Shown piece by piece: positions 18,384 to 29,239 of a DNA stretch of 32,000 nucleotides. The notes under the pieces are model-generated. The model ran no database searches, was not told where the DNA came from, and worked only from the letters and a program-made list of their open reading frames with translations. Where the stretch lies: positions 297,497-329,496 of the forward strand of contig NZ_CM001976.1 in the NCBI RefSeq assembly GCF_000406145.1. Reading direction: 5' to 3'. Position numbers and translations under genes: made by a program. Numbering within the stretch: the first letter of the stretch is position 1; the number at the start of each line of letters is the position of its first letter. The stretch comes from Dickeya dadantii NCPPB 898 (GTDB taxonomy: Bacteria > Pseudomonadota > Gammaproteobacteria > Enterobacterales > Enterobacteriaceae).

Positions 18384-19109
18384 TCAGAGTCGGAAGCCTT
18401 CGCCCAGATAGACTCGTTTTACCTGCTCATTCGCCAGTATATCCATCGGTGAGCCGTGGGCAATAAGCTGGCCCTGACTAACGATATAAGCACGTTCACA
18501 GACATCGAGCGTTTCGCGAACGTTATGGTCGGTAATCAACACGCCTAATCCGCTATCGCGCAGATGCTCAATGATTTTCTTGATGTCGATGACCGAAATC
18601 GGGTCTACCCCTGCAAAGGGTTCGTCCAGCAGGATGAATTTGGGGTTGGCGGCCAGCGCCCGGGCGATTTCCACCCGGCGGCGTTCACCACCGGACAGCG
18701 ATTGTCCCAAACTATCGCGCAGGTGAACAATATGAAACTCTTCCATTAGTTCGTGGGCGCGATCCTGCTGCTGTTCACGGGTCAGATCTTTTCTGATTTC
18801 CAGCACCGCCATCAGGTTGTCGTAGACGCTCAGACGCCGAAAAATCGAGGCTTCCTGCGGCAGGTAACCGATGCCGCGGCGGGCGCGATCGTGCAGCGGC
18901 AGCAGGCTGATGTCTTCATCGTCGATCACGATGCGGCCTTCGTCGCGCGGGACGATACCGACAACCATGTAGAAGGTGGTGGTTTTGCCGGCCCCGTTGG
19001 GCCCAAGCAGCCCGACGATTTCGCCCGAATTCACATTCAGGCTGACGTTCTCCACCACTTTGCGGCCTTTATACGCCTTGGCCAGATTTTCGGCGATTAG
19101 TGTTGCCAT
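18384..19109 (-). CDS. lptB: LPS export ABC transporter ATPase LptB
   Basis: 241 aa. Walker [10 protein letters not shown], signature LSGGERRR and Walker B FILLDEP. Colinear with E. coli LptB. Confidence 0.97.
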   Translation of the reverse strand: MATLIAENLAKAYKGRKVVENVSLNVNSGEIVGLLGPNGAGKTTTFYMVVGIVPRDEGRIVIDDEDISLLPLHDRARRGIGYLPQEASIFRRLSVYDNLMAVLEIRKDLTREQQQDRAHELMEEFHIVHLRDSLGQSLSGGERRRVEIARALAANPKFILLDEPFAGVDPISVIDIKKIIEHLRDSGLGVLITDHNVRETLDVCERAYIVSQGQLIAHGSPMDILANEQVKRVYLGEGFRL

Positions 19110-19124
19110 GGGTTAGCGCGTTAC

Positions 19125-19703
19125 TCACTGTTGTTTGGTGGGCTTGCCGGTGTTGCCGCTGGGCTTGGCGCCGTTCTGGGTGCCTTTGTCCTGCAACTGC
19201 GTCGGGACCAGCACGGTGGTGACTCGCTTGCCTTTGTCGCTGAACGCTTCCATCTGCTGCTGCTGCACCAGATAAGTGATGCGGTCGCCTTTGACGTTGC
19301 TGTCCAGCTGTTCCAGATAGGCGTCGCCGGTCAGAATAACCAGCTGTTTGTCCATTTCGTAACGCATCTTCTGAGAATGGCCTTTGACCGGCTTGCCGTT
19401 GTCCTGCATCTGATAGAAGGTAGCCGGGTTGCCGTAACCCTCGATCACTTCATGGCCCTGTTGGCCGTTAGGACGGGTGACCACCACCTTGTCGGCCTGC
19501 GCTTTTATTGAGCCCTGCGTGACGATAACGTTGCCGGTGAACGTCACCACATTGCCCTGCATGTCCAGCGCCTGCTGATCGGAGGTGATGTGGATGGGTT
19601 GATCGGTGTCGCCGGTCAGCGCCAGTGCCGGAACACTGACGGCAAAAAGCGAGCTGGCGATCAGTATGCTGTGTAAAACATTAATTTTTTGGTTGGATTT
19701 CAT
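19125..19703 (-). CDS. lptA: Periplasmic LPS transport protein LptA
   Basis: 192 aa. A signal peptide, then TGDTDQPIHITSDQQALDMQGNVVTFTGNVIVTQG..., colinear with E. coli LptA (185 aa). Confidence 0.95.
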   Translation of the reverse strand: MKSNQKINVLHSILIASSLFAVSVPALALTGDTDQPIHITSDQQALDMQGNVVTFTGNVIVTQGSIKAQADKVVVTRPNGQQGHEVIEGYGNPATFYQMQDNGKPVKGHSQKMRYEMDKQLVILTGDAYLEQLDSNVKGDRITYLVQQQQMEAFSDKGKRVTTVLVPTQLQDKGTQNGAKPSGNTGKPTKQQ

Positions 19704-20250
19704 AATAGGATTTTACCTTATCGATCAGCTCAGCGGTTTTGCTGCGCAGATTTCCGCGCATTTTCAGTCCGTTAGAAGTAAAGTTGACACCGTACAGGGT
19801 GACTTCGTCATCCGACGTCACGTCCTGCGTAACCAGATTTATCTGCGCATTATCCGTTTTAATTCGCTCCAACTGTGAGTCGTTGGTCAGGCTGTTGACC
19901 TCGACATGACCGTACAGATACAGCATGCGATCTTTCGTCAGTTTGGCGCGGTCGGCCCGTACCGACCAGGTGGCGACGGTTTGTTCATTAAACATGGTCG
20001 CCACCGGCTGGGTAAACCAGCTTACCTGGTCGGCGTTGTAGTGCTCCGCTTTTTCGGCCACCAGCTTGTAACTCAGCTTTCCGGTCGGGTCATACACCAC
20101 GGTAATGTTTTGCTGCATGGTATAGGCCGGATCATTATTCTGCACTTCCGTCGGCCCATTTCCCGCACGCTGGTTTGTCAGATTTAACCCGATCAGCACC
20201 AACGCAATCAATGCCAGCAACAGCGTTAGCCAGCGTTTTGTTTTACTCAT
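19681..20250 (-). CDS. lptC: Inner-membrane-anchored LPS transport protein LptC
   Basis: 189 aa. MSKTKRWLTLLLALIALVLIGLN...RMLYLYGHVEVNSL...NLVTQDVTSDDEVTLYG... colinear with E. coli LptC. The 3' end overlaps the lptA start by 23 nt, and the start overlaps the kdsC stop by 4 nt. Confidence 0.95.
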   Translation of the reverse strand: MSKTKRWLTLLLALIALVLIGLNLTNQRAGNGPTEVQNNDPAYTMQQNITVVYDPTGKLSYKLVAEKAEHYNADQVSWFTQPVATMFNEQTVATWSVRADRAKLTKDRMLYLYGHVEVNSLTNDSQLERIKTDNAQINLVTQDVTSDDEVTLYGVNFTSNGLKMRGNLRSKTAELIDKVKSYYEIQPKN

Positions 20251-20813
20251 ATCGACAGCCCTTTGGCGAAGTCCAGTTTACCCTGCGCCAGCAGAATAAG
20301 ATCGCAAATCTCTCTGACCGCGCCGCGGCCGCCGGCAATACGCGTCACATAGTGCGCGTTGGGCAGCAGCAACGGATGGGCGTCGGCCACCGCGACGCTC
20401 AACCCTGTCTCGGCCATCACCGGCCAGTCGATCAGATCATCGCCGATGTAGGCGACCTGGCTGGCGGTGAGCGACAGTGTATCCAACAGCTCGCGGAAGG
20501 CCAAAAGCTTATCCGACTGTCCCTGATATAAATGGCGGATACCCAGCGTCTGGCAGCGGTCGACAAGCAGCTGCGACGAACGGCCGGTGATAATCGCCAC
20601 GTCGACGTCGGACGTCAGCAGGCAGCGAATGCCGTAGCCGTCGCGAACGTTGAAGGCTTTCAGTTCTTCGCCCTGATTGCCCATGTAGATCAGGCCGTCG
20701 GAAAGTACGCCATCGACATCGCAGATTAACAGCCGTATATCACGGGCGCGTTGCATGACCTGGGTATCGACAGGCCCGTAGCAGGTATCGGTTTGCGGCC
20801 GGATTTCACTCAT
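20247..20813 (-). CDS. kdsC: 3-deoxy-D-manno-octulosonate 8-phosphate phosphatase
   Basis: 188 aa. HAD motif LICDVDGVLSDGLIYMGNQGEELKAFNVRDGYGIRCL. Same length as E. coli KdsC. Confidence 0.96.
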   Translation of the reverse strand: MSEIRPQTDTCYGPVDTQVMQRARDIRLLICDVDGVLSDGLIYMGNQGEELKAFNVRDGYGIRCLLTSDVDVAIITGRSSQLLVDRCQTLGIRHLYQGQSDKLLAFRELLDTLSLTASQVAYIGDDLIDWPVMAETGLSVAVADAHPLLLPNAHYVTRIAGGRGAVREICDLILLAQGKLDFAKGLSI

Positions 20814-20862
20814 TCACACATATCCTTGGTTTTTCATTCTGCGTTGTACTCACGCCGCCGAT

Positions 20863-21849
20863 TCATACCACGCCGGCGCGCAGCATATCGTGCATGTGGA
20901 CGATCCCCCGCAGGCGGTCGTCCTCCGCCACCAGCAGTGAGGTGATATGGCGGGATTGCATCAGATTCAGGGCGTCCACCGCCAGCGTTTGCGGCGTAAC
21001 CCGGATACCGCCGCGCGTCATCACATCGGCGATGCCGGCGCTGTTAAGATCGATATTCATGTCGAACACCCGGCGTAAGTCACCATCGGTAAAGATGCCT
21101 TCGATACGATCGTCCGGGCCGCAAATCACCGTCATCCCCAGATTCTTGCGGGTAATCTCCAGCAACGCGTCACGCAGCGACGCATCGCGGCCGACGCGGG
21201 GGATCTCGTCGCCAGTGTGCATGATATCGTTGATCCGCAACAAAAGTTTGCGGCCAAGTGCGCCGCCGGGGTGCGACAACGCGAAATCTTCGGCGGTAAA
21301 GCCGCGCGCCTGCAACAGCGCGACGGCCAGCGCATCGCCCATCACCAGCGTAGCGGTGGTGCTGGAGGTCGGCGCCAGACCCAGCGGGCAGGCTTCCTGC
21401 GATACATGGACGCAAAGATGGATGTCCGCCGCTTTGGCCATCGTGCTTTCCGGATTGCCGGTCATGCAGATCAGGCACACCTGCAGGCGCTTCAACACCG
21501 GGATGAGCGCCAGAATTTCATGGGACTCGCCGGAGTTGGAAATGGCGATCACGATATCCTGCGCGGTAATCATGCCTAAATCGCCGTGGCTGGCTTCGCC
21601 GGGGTGGACAAAAAAGGCGGGCGTGCCGGTGCTGGCAAAGGTGGCCGCCATCTTGCAGCCGATATGCCCCGACTTGCCCATACCCATCACCACTATCTTG
21701 CCGTGGCAGTAAAACATTTTCTCGCAGGCGCGCGAAAAATTGTCGTCAATGTATTGATCCAACTGCGCAAGGCTGTCGCGTTCGATGGACAGTACCTGCC
21801 GGCCGGCGGTCTGGAAATCGAAACCAGGTTGTAGCTCGAAATGTGACAT
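20863..21849 (-). CDS. kdsD: Arabinose-5-phosphate isomerase
   Basis: 328 aa from ATG 21849 (MSHFELQPGFDFQTAGRQVLSIER...), with a SIS domain (GMGKSGHIG) plus tandem CBS domains. Same length as E. coli KdsD. Confidence 0.96.
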   Translation of the reverse strand: MSHFELQPGFDFQTAGRQVLSIERDSLAQLDQYIDDNFSRACEKMFYCHGKIVVMGMGKSGHIGCKMAATFASTGTPAFFVHPGEASHGDLGMITAQDIVIAISNSGESHEILALIPVLKRLQVCLICMTGNPESTMAKAADIHLCVHVSQEACPLGLAPTSSTTATLVMGDALAVALLQARGFTAEDFALSHPGGALGRKLLLRINDIMHTGDEIPRVGRDASLRDALLEITRKNLGMTVICGPDDRIEGIFTDGDLRRVFDMNIDLNSAGIADVMTRGGIRVTPQTLAVDALNLMQSRHITSLLVAEDDRLRGIVHMHDMLRAGVV

Positions 21850-21879
21850 GTAAAACATCCTGCGTTGCCAATGCTCTGG

Positions 21880-22842
21880 CTATGAGAACAAGAACAGCAT
21901 CGAAAGGTACGCGATGAACGCACACAACAGCAATGCCCCCGCGCCCTGACCAATGCGCCGTTTCTGGCGAAGACAAAGAACCGTCAGGAGTGCGCTGACC
22001 CCCAGCATCACCCAATAGTCGCGCGCAAACGCGAGCGGATTCACCGCACCGGGGGACAGGAGCGCTGGCACGCCCAGCACTATCACGATATTAAAGATAT
22101 TGGAACCAATCAGGTTGCCGAGCGCGATGTCGTCCTCTTTCTTTAGGGTGCCGACGATCGCGGTCGCCAATTCCGGCAGACTGGTGCCGACGGCCAGCAC
22201 CGTGAGCCCGATGGTCAGTTCACTGATATTAAAGTAATTGGCGATGACAGTGGCGTTATCGATCACAATCCGTGCTGACATCGGCAGAATAATCAGGCCG
22301 ATCAGCAGCCATAGCAGCGCCACAGTCTGGTTGTTCTCTCTGGGCAGCTCGGCCATCTGTTCCCGGGTCAGGCTGTCGTCGCCACGGTTCTGGGCGGCGC
22401 GCGCCATACGCAGCATCAGCACGATACAACCACCGGCCGTCAGCAGCAGAATCACGCCATCCAGGCGACTCAGGAAGCTGTCGTGCAGCAGTACGCCGCA
22501 CAGCAGCGTCACCACCAGCATGGGCGGCAGTTCCTGACGCAACAGGGGGGAATGAAAAGTCAACGGGCGAATCAGCACGGCGCTGCCGAGGATTAGCAGA
22601 ATGTTGGCGATGTTTGAACCCAATACGTTGCCGACCGCCATGTCGGTCTGATGGTTGAGCGCGGCGGTCACGGATACCATCAGTTCGGGCAGCGAGGTGC
22701 CCATGCCTACAATCGTCATGCCGATAATCATCGGCGGTACGCCAAAGGTGCGGGCCAGTACGGCGGCGCCATACACCAGACGGTCGGCGCCATAAACCAG
22801 TAATACTAAACCAACAATTAACAGTACTGTCGCAAAAAGCAT
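21880..22842 (-). CDS. yrbG: Inner-membrane Ca2+/Na+ antiporter-family protein YrbG
   Basis: 320 aa and polytopic. It has two alpha-repeat motifs (GTSLPELMVS and GTSLPELATA) typical of the CaCA family. Colinear with E. coli YrbG and in the same position, divergent from mlaF. Confidence 0.92.
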   Translation of the reverse strand: MLFATVLLIVGLVLLVYGADRLVYGAAVLARTFGVPPMIIGMTIVGMGTSLPELMVSVTAALNHQTDMAVGNVLGSNIANILLILGSAVLIRPLTFHSPLLRQELPPMLVVTLLCGVLLHDSFLSRLDGVILLLTAGGCIVLMLRMARAAQNRGDDSLTREQMAELPRENNQTVALLWLLIGLIILPMSARIVIDNATVIANYFNISELTIGLTVLAVGTSLPELATAIVGTLKKEDDIALGNLIGSNIFNIVIVLGVPALLSPGAVNPLAFARDYWVMLGVSALLTVLCLRQKRRIGQGAGALLLCAFIAYLSMLFLFS

Positions 22843-23123
22843 GCAGCGTCCTTTATTCAGGTATAATCACCGGTTTATTGGCGAACAAACCAGTATTTCT
22901 GGACGAATAATAAGCAAAACCGCCATTTTTCCTCGTTAGCGCTAATTCTGACTGCGCAGGGCGAAAAAGTAAAACCAATGGCAATTTTGGTCACGAACCG
23001 GTGTCCTGATTCTGTAACAGTGAAGGGGCCAGCGTAACACCCTGGAAGACAGTTGTCGGGGCTGTGCGGCGCAAAAATGTGAAAACGGGCGGCTGCTATC
23101 GGCGGCCGTTGAGGAAAGAGACT

Positions 23124-23933
23124 ATGAACCACGAAAATCTGGTAGAAATTCGCGGGCTCAGTTTCCGGCGGGGCAACAGGCCGATTTTTTCGGATGTCTC
23201 GCTGAACGTGCCAAAACAAAAAATCACGGCCATCATGGGGCCGTCCGGCATCGGTAAAACCACGCTGCTGCGTCTGATTGGCGGGCAACTGCAACCGGAC
23301 AGCGGCGAAATCTGGTTCGACGGGGAAAATATTCCGACTCTTTCCCGTTCCCGTTTGTATGAGACTCGTAAGAAAATGAGCATGCTGTTTCAGTCCGGTG
23401 CGCTGTTTACCGATCTGAACGTGTTCGACAATGTCGCCTGGCCGCTGCGCGAACATACGCAACTGCCCGAGCCGCTGCTGCACAGCACGGTGATGATGAA
23501 GCTGGAAGCGGTTGGGTTGCGCGGCGCGGCGGAACTGATGCCGTCGGAGCTATCAGGGGGGATGGCGCGACGGGCGGCGCTGGCGCGCGCCATTGCGCTC
23601 GACCCGCAGCTGATCATGTTCGATGAGCCGTTTGTCGGCCAGGATCCGATCACCATGGGCGTGTTGGTGAAGCTGATCGACGAGTTGAATCATGCGCTTG
23701 GCGTGACCTGCATCGTGGTGTCTCACGATGTGCCGGAAGTGCTGAGCATTGCCGATTATGCTTACATCATTGCCGATCAACGCGTGGTGGCGGAAGGCTC
23801 GCCGGCTGAATTGCAGCAAAATGGCGACCCGCGCGTGAGGCAGTTTCTGGATGGCATTGCTGATGGCCCGGTGCCGTTCCGCTATCCGGCAGGCGATTAT
23901 CAGCGTGGGCTGTTAGGCTTGGGGAGTAAGTAA
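23124..23933 (+). CDS. mlaF: Phospholipid ABC transporter ATPase MlaF
   Basis: 269 aa from ATG 23124 (GAGGAAAGAG SD upstream). Walker A GPSGIGKTT, signature LSGGMARR and Walker B IMFDEP. Same length as E. coli MlaF. Confidence 0.96.
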   Translation: MNHENLVEIRGLSFRRGNRPIFSDVSLNVPKQKITAIMGPSGIGKTTLLRLIGGQLQPDSGEIWFDGENIPTLSRSRLYETRKKMSMLFQSGALFTDLNVFDNVAWPLREHTQLPEPLLHSTVMMKLEAVGLRGAAELMPSELSGGMARRAALARAIALDPQLIMFDEPFVGQDPITMGVLVKLIDELNHALGVTCIVVSHDVPEVLSIADYAYIIADQRVVAEGSPAELQQNGDPRVRQFLDGIADGPVPFRYPAGDYQRGLLGLGSK

Positions 23934-23936
23934 TTC

Positions 23937-24719
23937 ATGCTATTACAGGCATTAGCGTCGTTGGGACGCGTTGGCATTCAGGTTTGCGCCGCTTTCGGGC
24001 GTGCCGGGTTGATGCTATTCAATGCGCTGGTTGGAAAGCCGGAACCGGCCAAACAGTGGCCGCTGCTGCGCAAGCAACTGTATAGCGTCGGCGTGCAGTC
24101 GCTGCTGATCATCATGGTATCCGGCGTATTCATCGGTATGGTGCTGGGGTTGCAGGGGTATCTGGTCCTGACTACCTACAGCGCTGAAGCCAGTCTGGGC
24201 ATGATGGTGGCGCTGTCATTGCTGCGCGAACTGGGGCCGGTGGTGACCGCGTTACTGTTCGCCGGGCGCGCCGGTTCAGCCCTGACGGCGGAAATCGGGC
24301 TGATGAAGACCACCGAGCAGTTATCCAGTATGGAGATGATGGCGGTGGACCCGTTGCGTCGCGTCGTGGCGCCGCGCTTTTGGGCCGGAGTGATCTCCAT
24401 GCCGCTGCTGACGGTGATTTTTGTCGCCGTCGGTATCTGGGGCGGGGCGCTGGTCGGCGTGGACTGGAAAGGCATCGACAGCGGCTTTTTCTGGTCGGCG
24501 ATGCAGAACGCAGTGGAGTGGCGGAAAGACTTGCTTAACTGCGTAATCAAGAGCCTGGTGTTTGCCATTACCGTTACCTGGATTGCGCTGTTCAACGGTT
24601 ATGACGCGATTCCGACGTCAGAAGGCATCAGCCGCGCGACGACCCGCACCGTGGTGCACTCGTCGCTGGCGGTACTGGGATTGGATTTTGTGCTGACAGC
24701 ACTGATGTTTGGGAAATGA
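23937..24719 (+). CDS. mlaE: Phospholipid ABC transporter permease MlaE
   Basis: 260 aa. [15 protein letters not shown]...[16 protein letters not shown]...[10 protein letters not shown] closely matches E. coli MlaE (260 aa). Confidence 0.96.
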   Translation: MLLQALASLGRVGIQVCAAFGRAGLMLFNALVGKPEPAKQWPLLRKQLYSVGVQSLLIIMVSGVFIGMVLGLQGYLVLTTYSAEASLGMMVALSLLRELGPVVTALLFAGRAGSALTAEIGLMKTTEQLSSMEMMAVDPLRRVVAPRFWAGVISMPLLTVIFVAVGIWGGALVGVDWKGIDSGFFWSAMQNAVEWRKDLLNCVIKSLVFAITVTWIALFNGYDAIPTSEGISRATTRTVVHSSLAVLGLDFVLTALMFGK

Positions 24720-24723
24720 GTCG

Positions 24724-25353
24724 ATGCAAACAAAGAAACATGAAATTTGGGTTGGCGTATTCATGCTGATTGCGCTGTGCGCCATAGTCTTTTTATGTCT
24801 GAAAGTCGCCGACCTGAAATCGCTGGGGCAACAACAGACCTACCGTTTGTACGCGACCTTCGACAATATCGGCGGTCTTAAAGCGCGTTCTCCGGTGAAA
24901 ATCGGCGGGGTGGTGATTGGCCGGGTGGCGGATATTTCGCTGGACACCAAGACGTATCTGCCGCGGGTGGCGATAGATATTGATAAGCGTTACGACCACA
25001 TCCCGGATACCAGTTCGCTGGCGATTCGCACCTCCGGTCTGCTGGGAGAACAGTATCTGGCGCTGAACATGGGTTTTGAAGACGAGGATATGGGAACGTC
25101 GATTCTGAAAGACGGCGGCACCATTCAGGACACCAAGTCGGCCATGGTCCTGGAGGACCTTATCGGTCAATTCCTATATAAGAGCGGCGGCAGCAATACT
25201 GACAATGCCAGCCAGAATAATGCCAGTCATGACACGGTTAGCCCAAATAATGCGAATCCGAGCCATGCCAAACCGGTAGAGACCAAACCCGCGGAGAATA
25301 GCGGCGAGGCGGCAAAACCTGAATCTGGCGCAAAACCAGCCCAACAGCCTTGA
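24724..25353 (+). CDS. mlaD: MCE-domain phospholipid-binding protein MlaD, with an extended low-complexity C-terminal tail
   Basis: 209 aa from ATG 24724 ([27 protein letters not shown]...[26 protein letters not shown]...). The MCE core is colinear with E. coli MlaD (183 aa). The tail is N/S/P/A/K-rich. Confidence 0.94.
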   Translation: MQTKKHEIWVGVFMLIALCAIVFLCLKVADLKSLGQQQTYRLYATFDNIGGLKARSPVKIGGVVIGRVADISLDTKTYLPRVAIDIDKRYDHIPDTSSLAIRTSGLLGEQYLALNMGFEDEDMGTSILKDGGTIQDTKSAMVLEDLIGQFLYKSGGSNTDNASQNNASHDTVSPNNANPSHAKPVETKPAENSGEAAKPESGAKPAQQP

Positions 25354-25364
25354 GAGGACACAGC

Positions 25365-26030
25365 ATGTTGAAACGTTTATTGATGGTGGCTTTGTTGGTC
25401 GTGGCCCCGTTGGTCAGCGCGGCTGATCAGACCAACCCTCAGACCAACCCTAAGATTGACCAGACTAACCCGTATTCGCTGATGAATGAAGCGGCGAACA
25501 AAACCTTCAACCGCCTTAAGAATGAACAATCGCTCATTAAGCAGGACCCCAACTATCTGCGTACCGTGGTGCGTGAAGAACTGCTGCCTTATGTGCAGGT
25601 GAAGTATGCCGGCGCATTGGTGCTGGGCCAGTATTACAAGAACGCCACGCCGGATCAGCGAGAGGCCTATTTCAAGGCGTTCGAGGTTTATCTGGAGCAG
25701 GCATATGCTCAGGCGCTGGCGTCTTATCACGGCCAGACTTACGAGATCGCATCGGAGCAGCCGCTAGGTAACGCCGAGAAAGTTTCCATTCGTGTGACCA
25801 TTACCGATAACGGCGGCCGCCCACCGATTCGTCTGGATTTCCAGTGGCGTAAGAACACCAAAACCGGTTACTGGCAGGCGTATGACATGATCGCCGAAGG
25901 GGTGAGCATGATTACCACCAAGCAGAATGAGTGGGCGTCCACGCTGCGCCAGAGCGGGGTAGACGGTTTGACTAAGCAGTTGCAGGCCGCGGCACAGCAG
26001 CCGATTTCGCTGGGCCAGAAAAATGGCTGA
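25365..26030 (+). CDS. mlaC: Periplasmic phospholipid-binding protein MlaC
   Basis: 221 aa from ATG 25365 (GAGAGGA SD upstream). A signal peptide [19 protein letters not shown], then ...[21 protein letters not shown]...[17 protein letters not shown]...[21 protein letters not shown], colinear with E. coli MlaC. Confidence 0.94.
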   Translation: MLKRLLMVALLVVAPLVSAADQTNPQTNPKIDQTNPYSLMNEAANKTFNRLKNEQSLIKQDPNYLRTVVREELLPYVQVKYAGALVLGQYYKNATPDQREAYFKAFEVYLEQAYAQALASYHGQTYEIASEQPLGNAEKVSIRVTITDNGGRPPIRLDFQWRKNTKTGYWQAYDMIAEGVSMITTKQNEWASTLRQSGVDGLTKQLQAAAQQPISLGQKNG

Positions 26031-26325
26031 CGCGCTGCGCTGGCGACAGGACGACGGCGCCCTGCGTCTGGAAGGCGATCTTGACCGGAATACGCTGTTG
26101 CCGCTGTGGCAGCAGCGCGAAGCACTGCTGAACGACAGCAGCGTGCTGGATGTCGGTCAGGTGGCGCGGGTGGATTCTTCCGGGCTTGCCCTGTTGGTGC
26201 ATTTTTATCATCAGCAGGAACAGCGTGGAAAATCGCTGGCGATTATCGGCGCCAGCGATCGGCTTCGCACCCTGATCCAGTTATATAACCTGAGTGAAAT
26301 CATTCCGGTTCGGCCGGCTGACTGA
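26023..26325 (+). CDS. mlaB: STAS-domain protein MlaB
   Basis: 100 aa. The position, size and ...[15 protein letters not shown]...LIQLYNL... resemble E. coli MlaB (97 aa). It overlaps the mlaC stop by 8 nt. Confidence 0.88.
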   Translation: MADALRWRQDDGALRLEGDLDRNTLLPLWQQREALLNDSSVLDVGQVARVDSSGLALLVHFYHQQEQRGKSLAIIGASDRLRTLIQLYNLSEIIPVRPAD

Positions 26326-26348
26326 ATGCTGCATTCCGGTTAGTGTCG

Positions 26349-26390
26349 ATCCCCCTTGTCGCGCGTGCGCAAGGGGGATTTCTTTTGTTT
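26349..26390 (+). terminator. Strong rho-independent terminator after mlaB
   Basis: ATCCCCCTTG (26349-26358) pairs with CAAGGGGGAT (26370-26379) around an 11-nt GC-rich loop, followed by TTCTTTTGTTT. Confidence 0.85.
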
Positions 26391-26457
26391 AAGATAACGA
26401 CAGATTCATCTAAGATACCACCCTGTTTATCATCCCCCTGACGTAGAATCGAGAGCA

Positions 26458-26712
26458 ATGGAAAACAACGAAATTAAAGACGTGCTGATGAGCGCGCTGG
26501 CGCTGCAGGAAGTGCATGTTTCCGGTGACGGCAGCCACTTCCAGGTCATTGTGATAGGTGAGTTGTTCAAGGGTATGAGCCGCGTAAAACAGCAGCAGAC
26601 GGTCTACGCGCCGCTGATGGAATATATCGCGGATAACCGCATTCATGCGTTGTCGATCAAGGCTTATACCCCTGAAGAATGGCAGCGCGACCGCAAACTG
26701 AGCGGTCTGTAA
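26458..26712 (+). CDS. ibaG: BolA-family acid-stress protein IbaG (YrbA)
   Basis: 84 aa. [75 protein letters not shown] closely matches E. coli IbaG (84 aa). Confidence 0.96.
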   Translation: MENNEIKDVLMSALALQEVHVSGDGSHFQVIVIGELFKGMSRVKQQQTVYAPLMEYIADNRIHALSIKAYTPEEWQRDRKLSGL

Positions 26713-26756
26713 TTCAGCGGCCACCCCCCGGTCGTGCTATTGAGTCTGAACATTGA

Positions 26757-28031
<1,275 letters not shown>

Positions 28032-28042
28032 CCGTTCTTCCA

Positions 28043-28070
28043 TGCCGGGTGGCCTGTTTGCCACCCGGCA
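28043..28070. terminator. Shared hairpin between convergent murA and degS
   Basis: TGCCGGGTGGC (28043-28053) pairs with GCCACCCGGCA (28060-28070) around loop CTGTTT. There is no clear U-tract on either strand, so termination efficiency is uncertain. Confidence 0.5.
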
Positions 28071-28089
28071 TTCCCGAGCGGGGTTCGGC

Positions 28090-29151
28090 TCAGTCGCTGG
28101 GGTATTCCTGAATAGTCATATCGAGCTTTATTTCCTGATTATCACGGAAAATCACCACCGGAATGACTGAACCGGGGCGAATCTCCGCCACCTGATCCAT
28201 GGTTTCTATTACCGAACGCGCCGGTTTGTTGTTGACCTCCAGCAGCAGGTCGCCCTCTTTGATGCCAGCCTTATCCGCTGGACCTCCGGTTTCTACCTGA
28301 TTGACGACGATGCCCTGTAGCCGTTCCAGACCGGTGACCTGATTGCCCAGCCGTTCGCGCTGCGCGCCGCTAATGCCGATATAACCACGAATTACCCGCC
28401 CGTCGCGGATTAGCTTGTTCATGATCTTGGTCGCCAGCGCGACCGGAATGGCAAAGCCGATGCCTTCCGGCGTACCGCCATCGTTACTTTTATCAAATGA
28501 CAGCGTGTTGATGCCGACCAGCTCGCCCAGTGTGTTAACCAGCGCGCCGCCGGAGTTGCCGCGGTTGATGGAGGCGTCGGTTTGTAGAAAATTCTGCCGG
28601 CCGGAGGAACTCAGCCCAACCCGACCGGTCGCGCTGACAATCCCTTGAGTCACCGTCTGGCCAAGGTTGTAGGGGTTGCCGATAGCCATCACCACATCGC
28701 CGACATGGAACACCCGTTTCGGATTGATGGGGATCTCCGGCAGATTTGCGCCTTCGATTTTCAGTACCGCCAGATCGGTCAGGCTGTCTGAACCCACCAA
28801 CAGCGCTTCAAAGATGCGGCCATCCTGCAACGTGACCACGATCTGCTCGGCATTGCTGATCACATGTTTATTGGTCAGGATGTACCCTTTGTTGTTCATG
28901 ATCACGCCAGAACCCAGCGTGCGAATGTTTAGTTCGTTTTTGGCGGTTGGATCATTGGCCTGATTGTATACGTTCACCACGGCTGGCGCGGCGCGGCGCA
29001 CTCCCTGATAATAGCTGACCGGGGTTTCCTGGCTGTTGTCGCCGCCGGATTTGAGCAACCCCTGGTTGGAACGCAGCGCCGGGATTGCCAGCAGCAGGAT
29101 GCCGGCCACGATGACACCGAACAGCGCCGAACGTAACAGTTTGGTTAGCAT
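28090..29151 (-). CDS. degS: Inner-membrane serine endoprotease DegS (RseA site-1 protease)
   Basis: 353 aa from ATG 29151 (MLTKLLRSALFGVIVAGILLLAIPALRS...). A trypsin-like domain with TNKHV, DLAVLKI and GNSGGALVN, plus one PDZ domain. Colinear with E. coli DegS (355 aa). The longer ORF-track start at 29214 is not supported by homology. Confidence 0.95.
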   Translation of the reverse strand: MLTKLLRSALFGVIVAGILLLAIPALRSNQGLLKSGGDNSQETPVSYYQGVRRAAPAVVNVYNQANDPTAKNELNIRTLGSGVIMNNKGYILTNKHVISNAEQIVVTLQDGRIFEALLVGSDSLTDLAVLKIEGANLPEIPINPKRVFHVGDVVMAIGNPYNLGQTVTQGIVSATGRVGLSSSGRQNFLQTDASINRGNSGGALVNTLGELVGINTLSFDKSNDGGTPEGIGFAIPVALATKIMNKLIRDGRVIRGYIGISGAQRERLGNQVTGLERLQGIVVNQVETGGPADKAGIKEGDLLLEVNNKPARSVIETMDQVAEIRPGSVIPVVIFRDNQEIKLDMTIQEYPSD

Positions 29152-29200
29152 GAGCGTTTTGGGTGTATAAAGAAGGTTGGATCGCAGAATATCAGAGAAG

Positions 29201-29229
29201 AATGGACACCGCATCGCGCGGTGTCCATT
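29201..29229. terminator. Hairpin terminator between degQ and degS
   Basis: AATGGACACCGC (29201-29212) pairs with GCGGTGTCCATT (29218-29229) around loop ATCGC. On the minus strand (degQ sense) it is followed by CTTCTCTG. On the plus strand it is followed by TTTT, and the last 2 stem nt extend this into a TTTTTT run at 29228-29233. Confidence 0.7.
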
Positions 29230-29239
29230 TTTTCATGGC

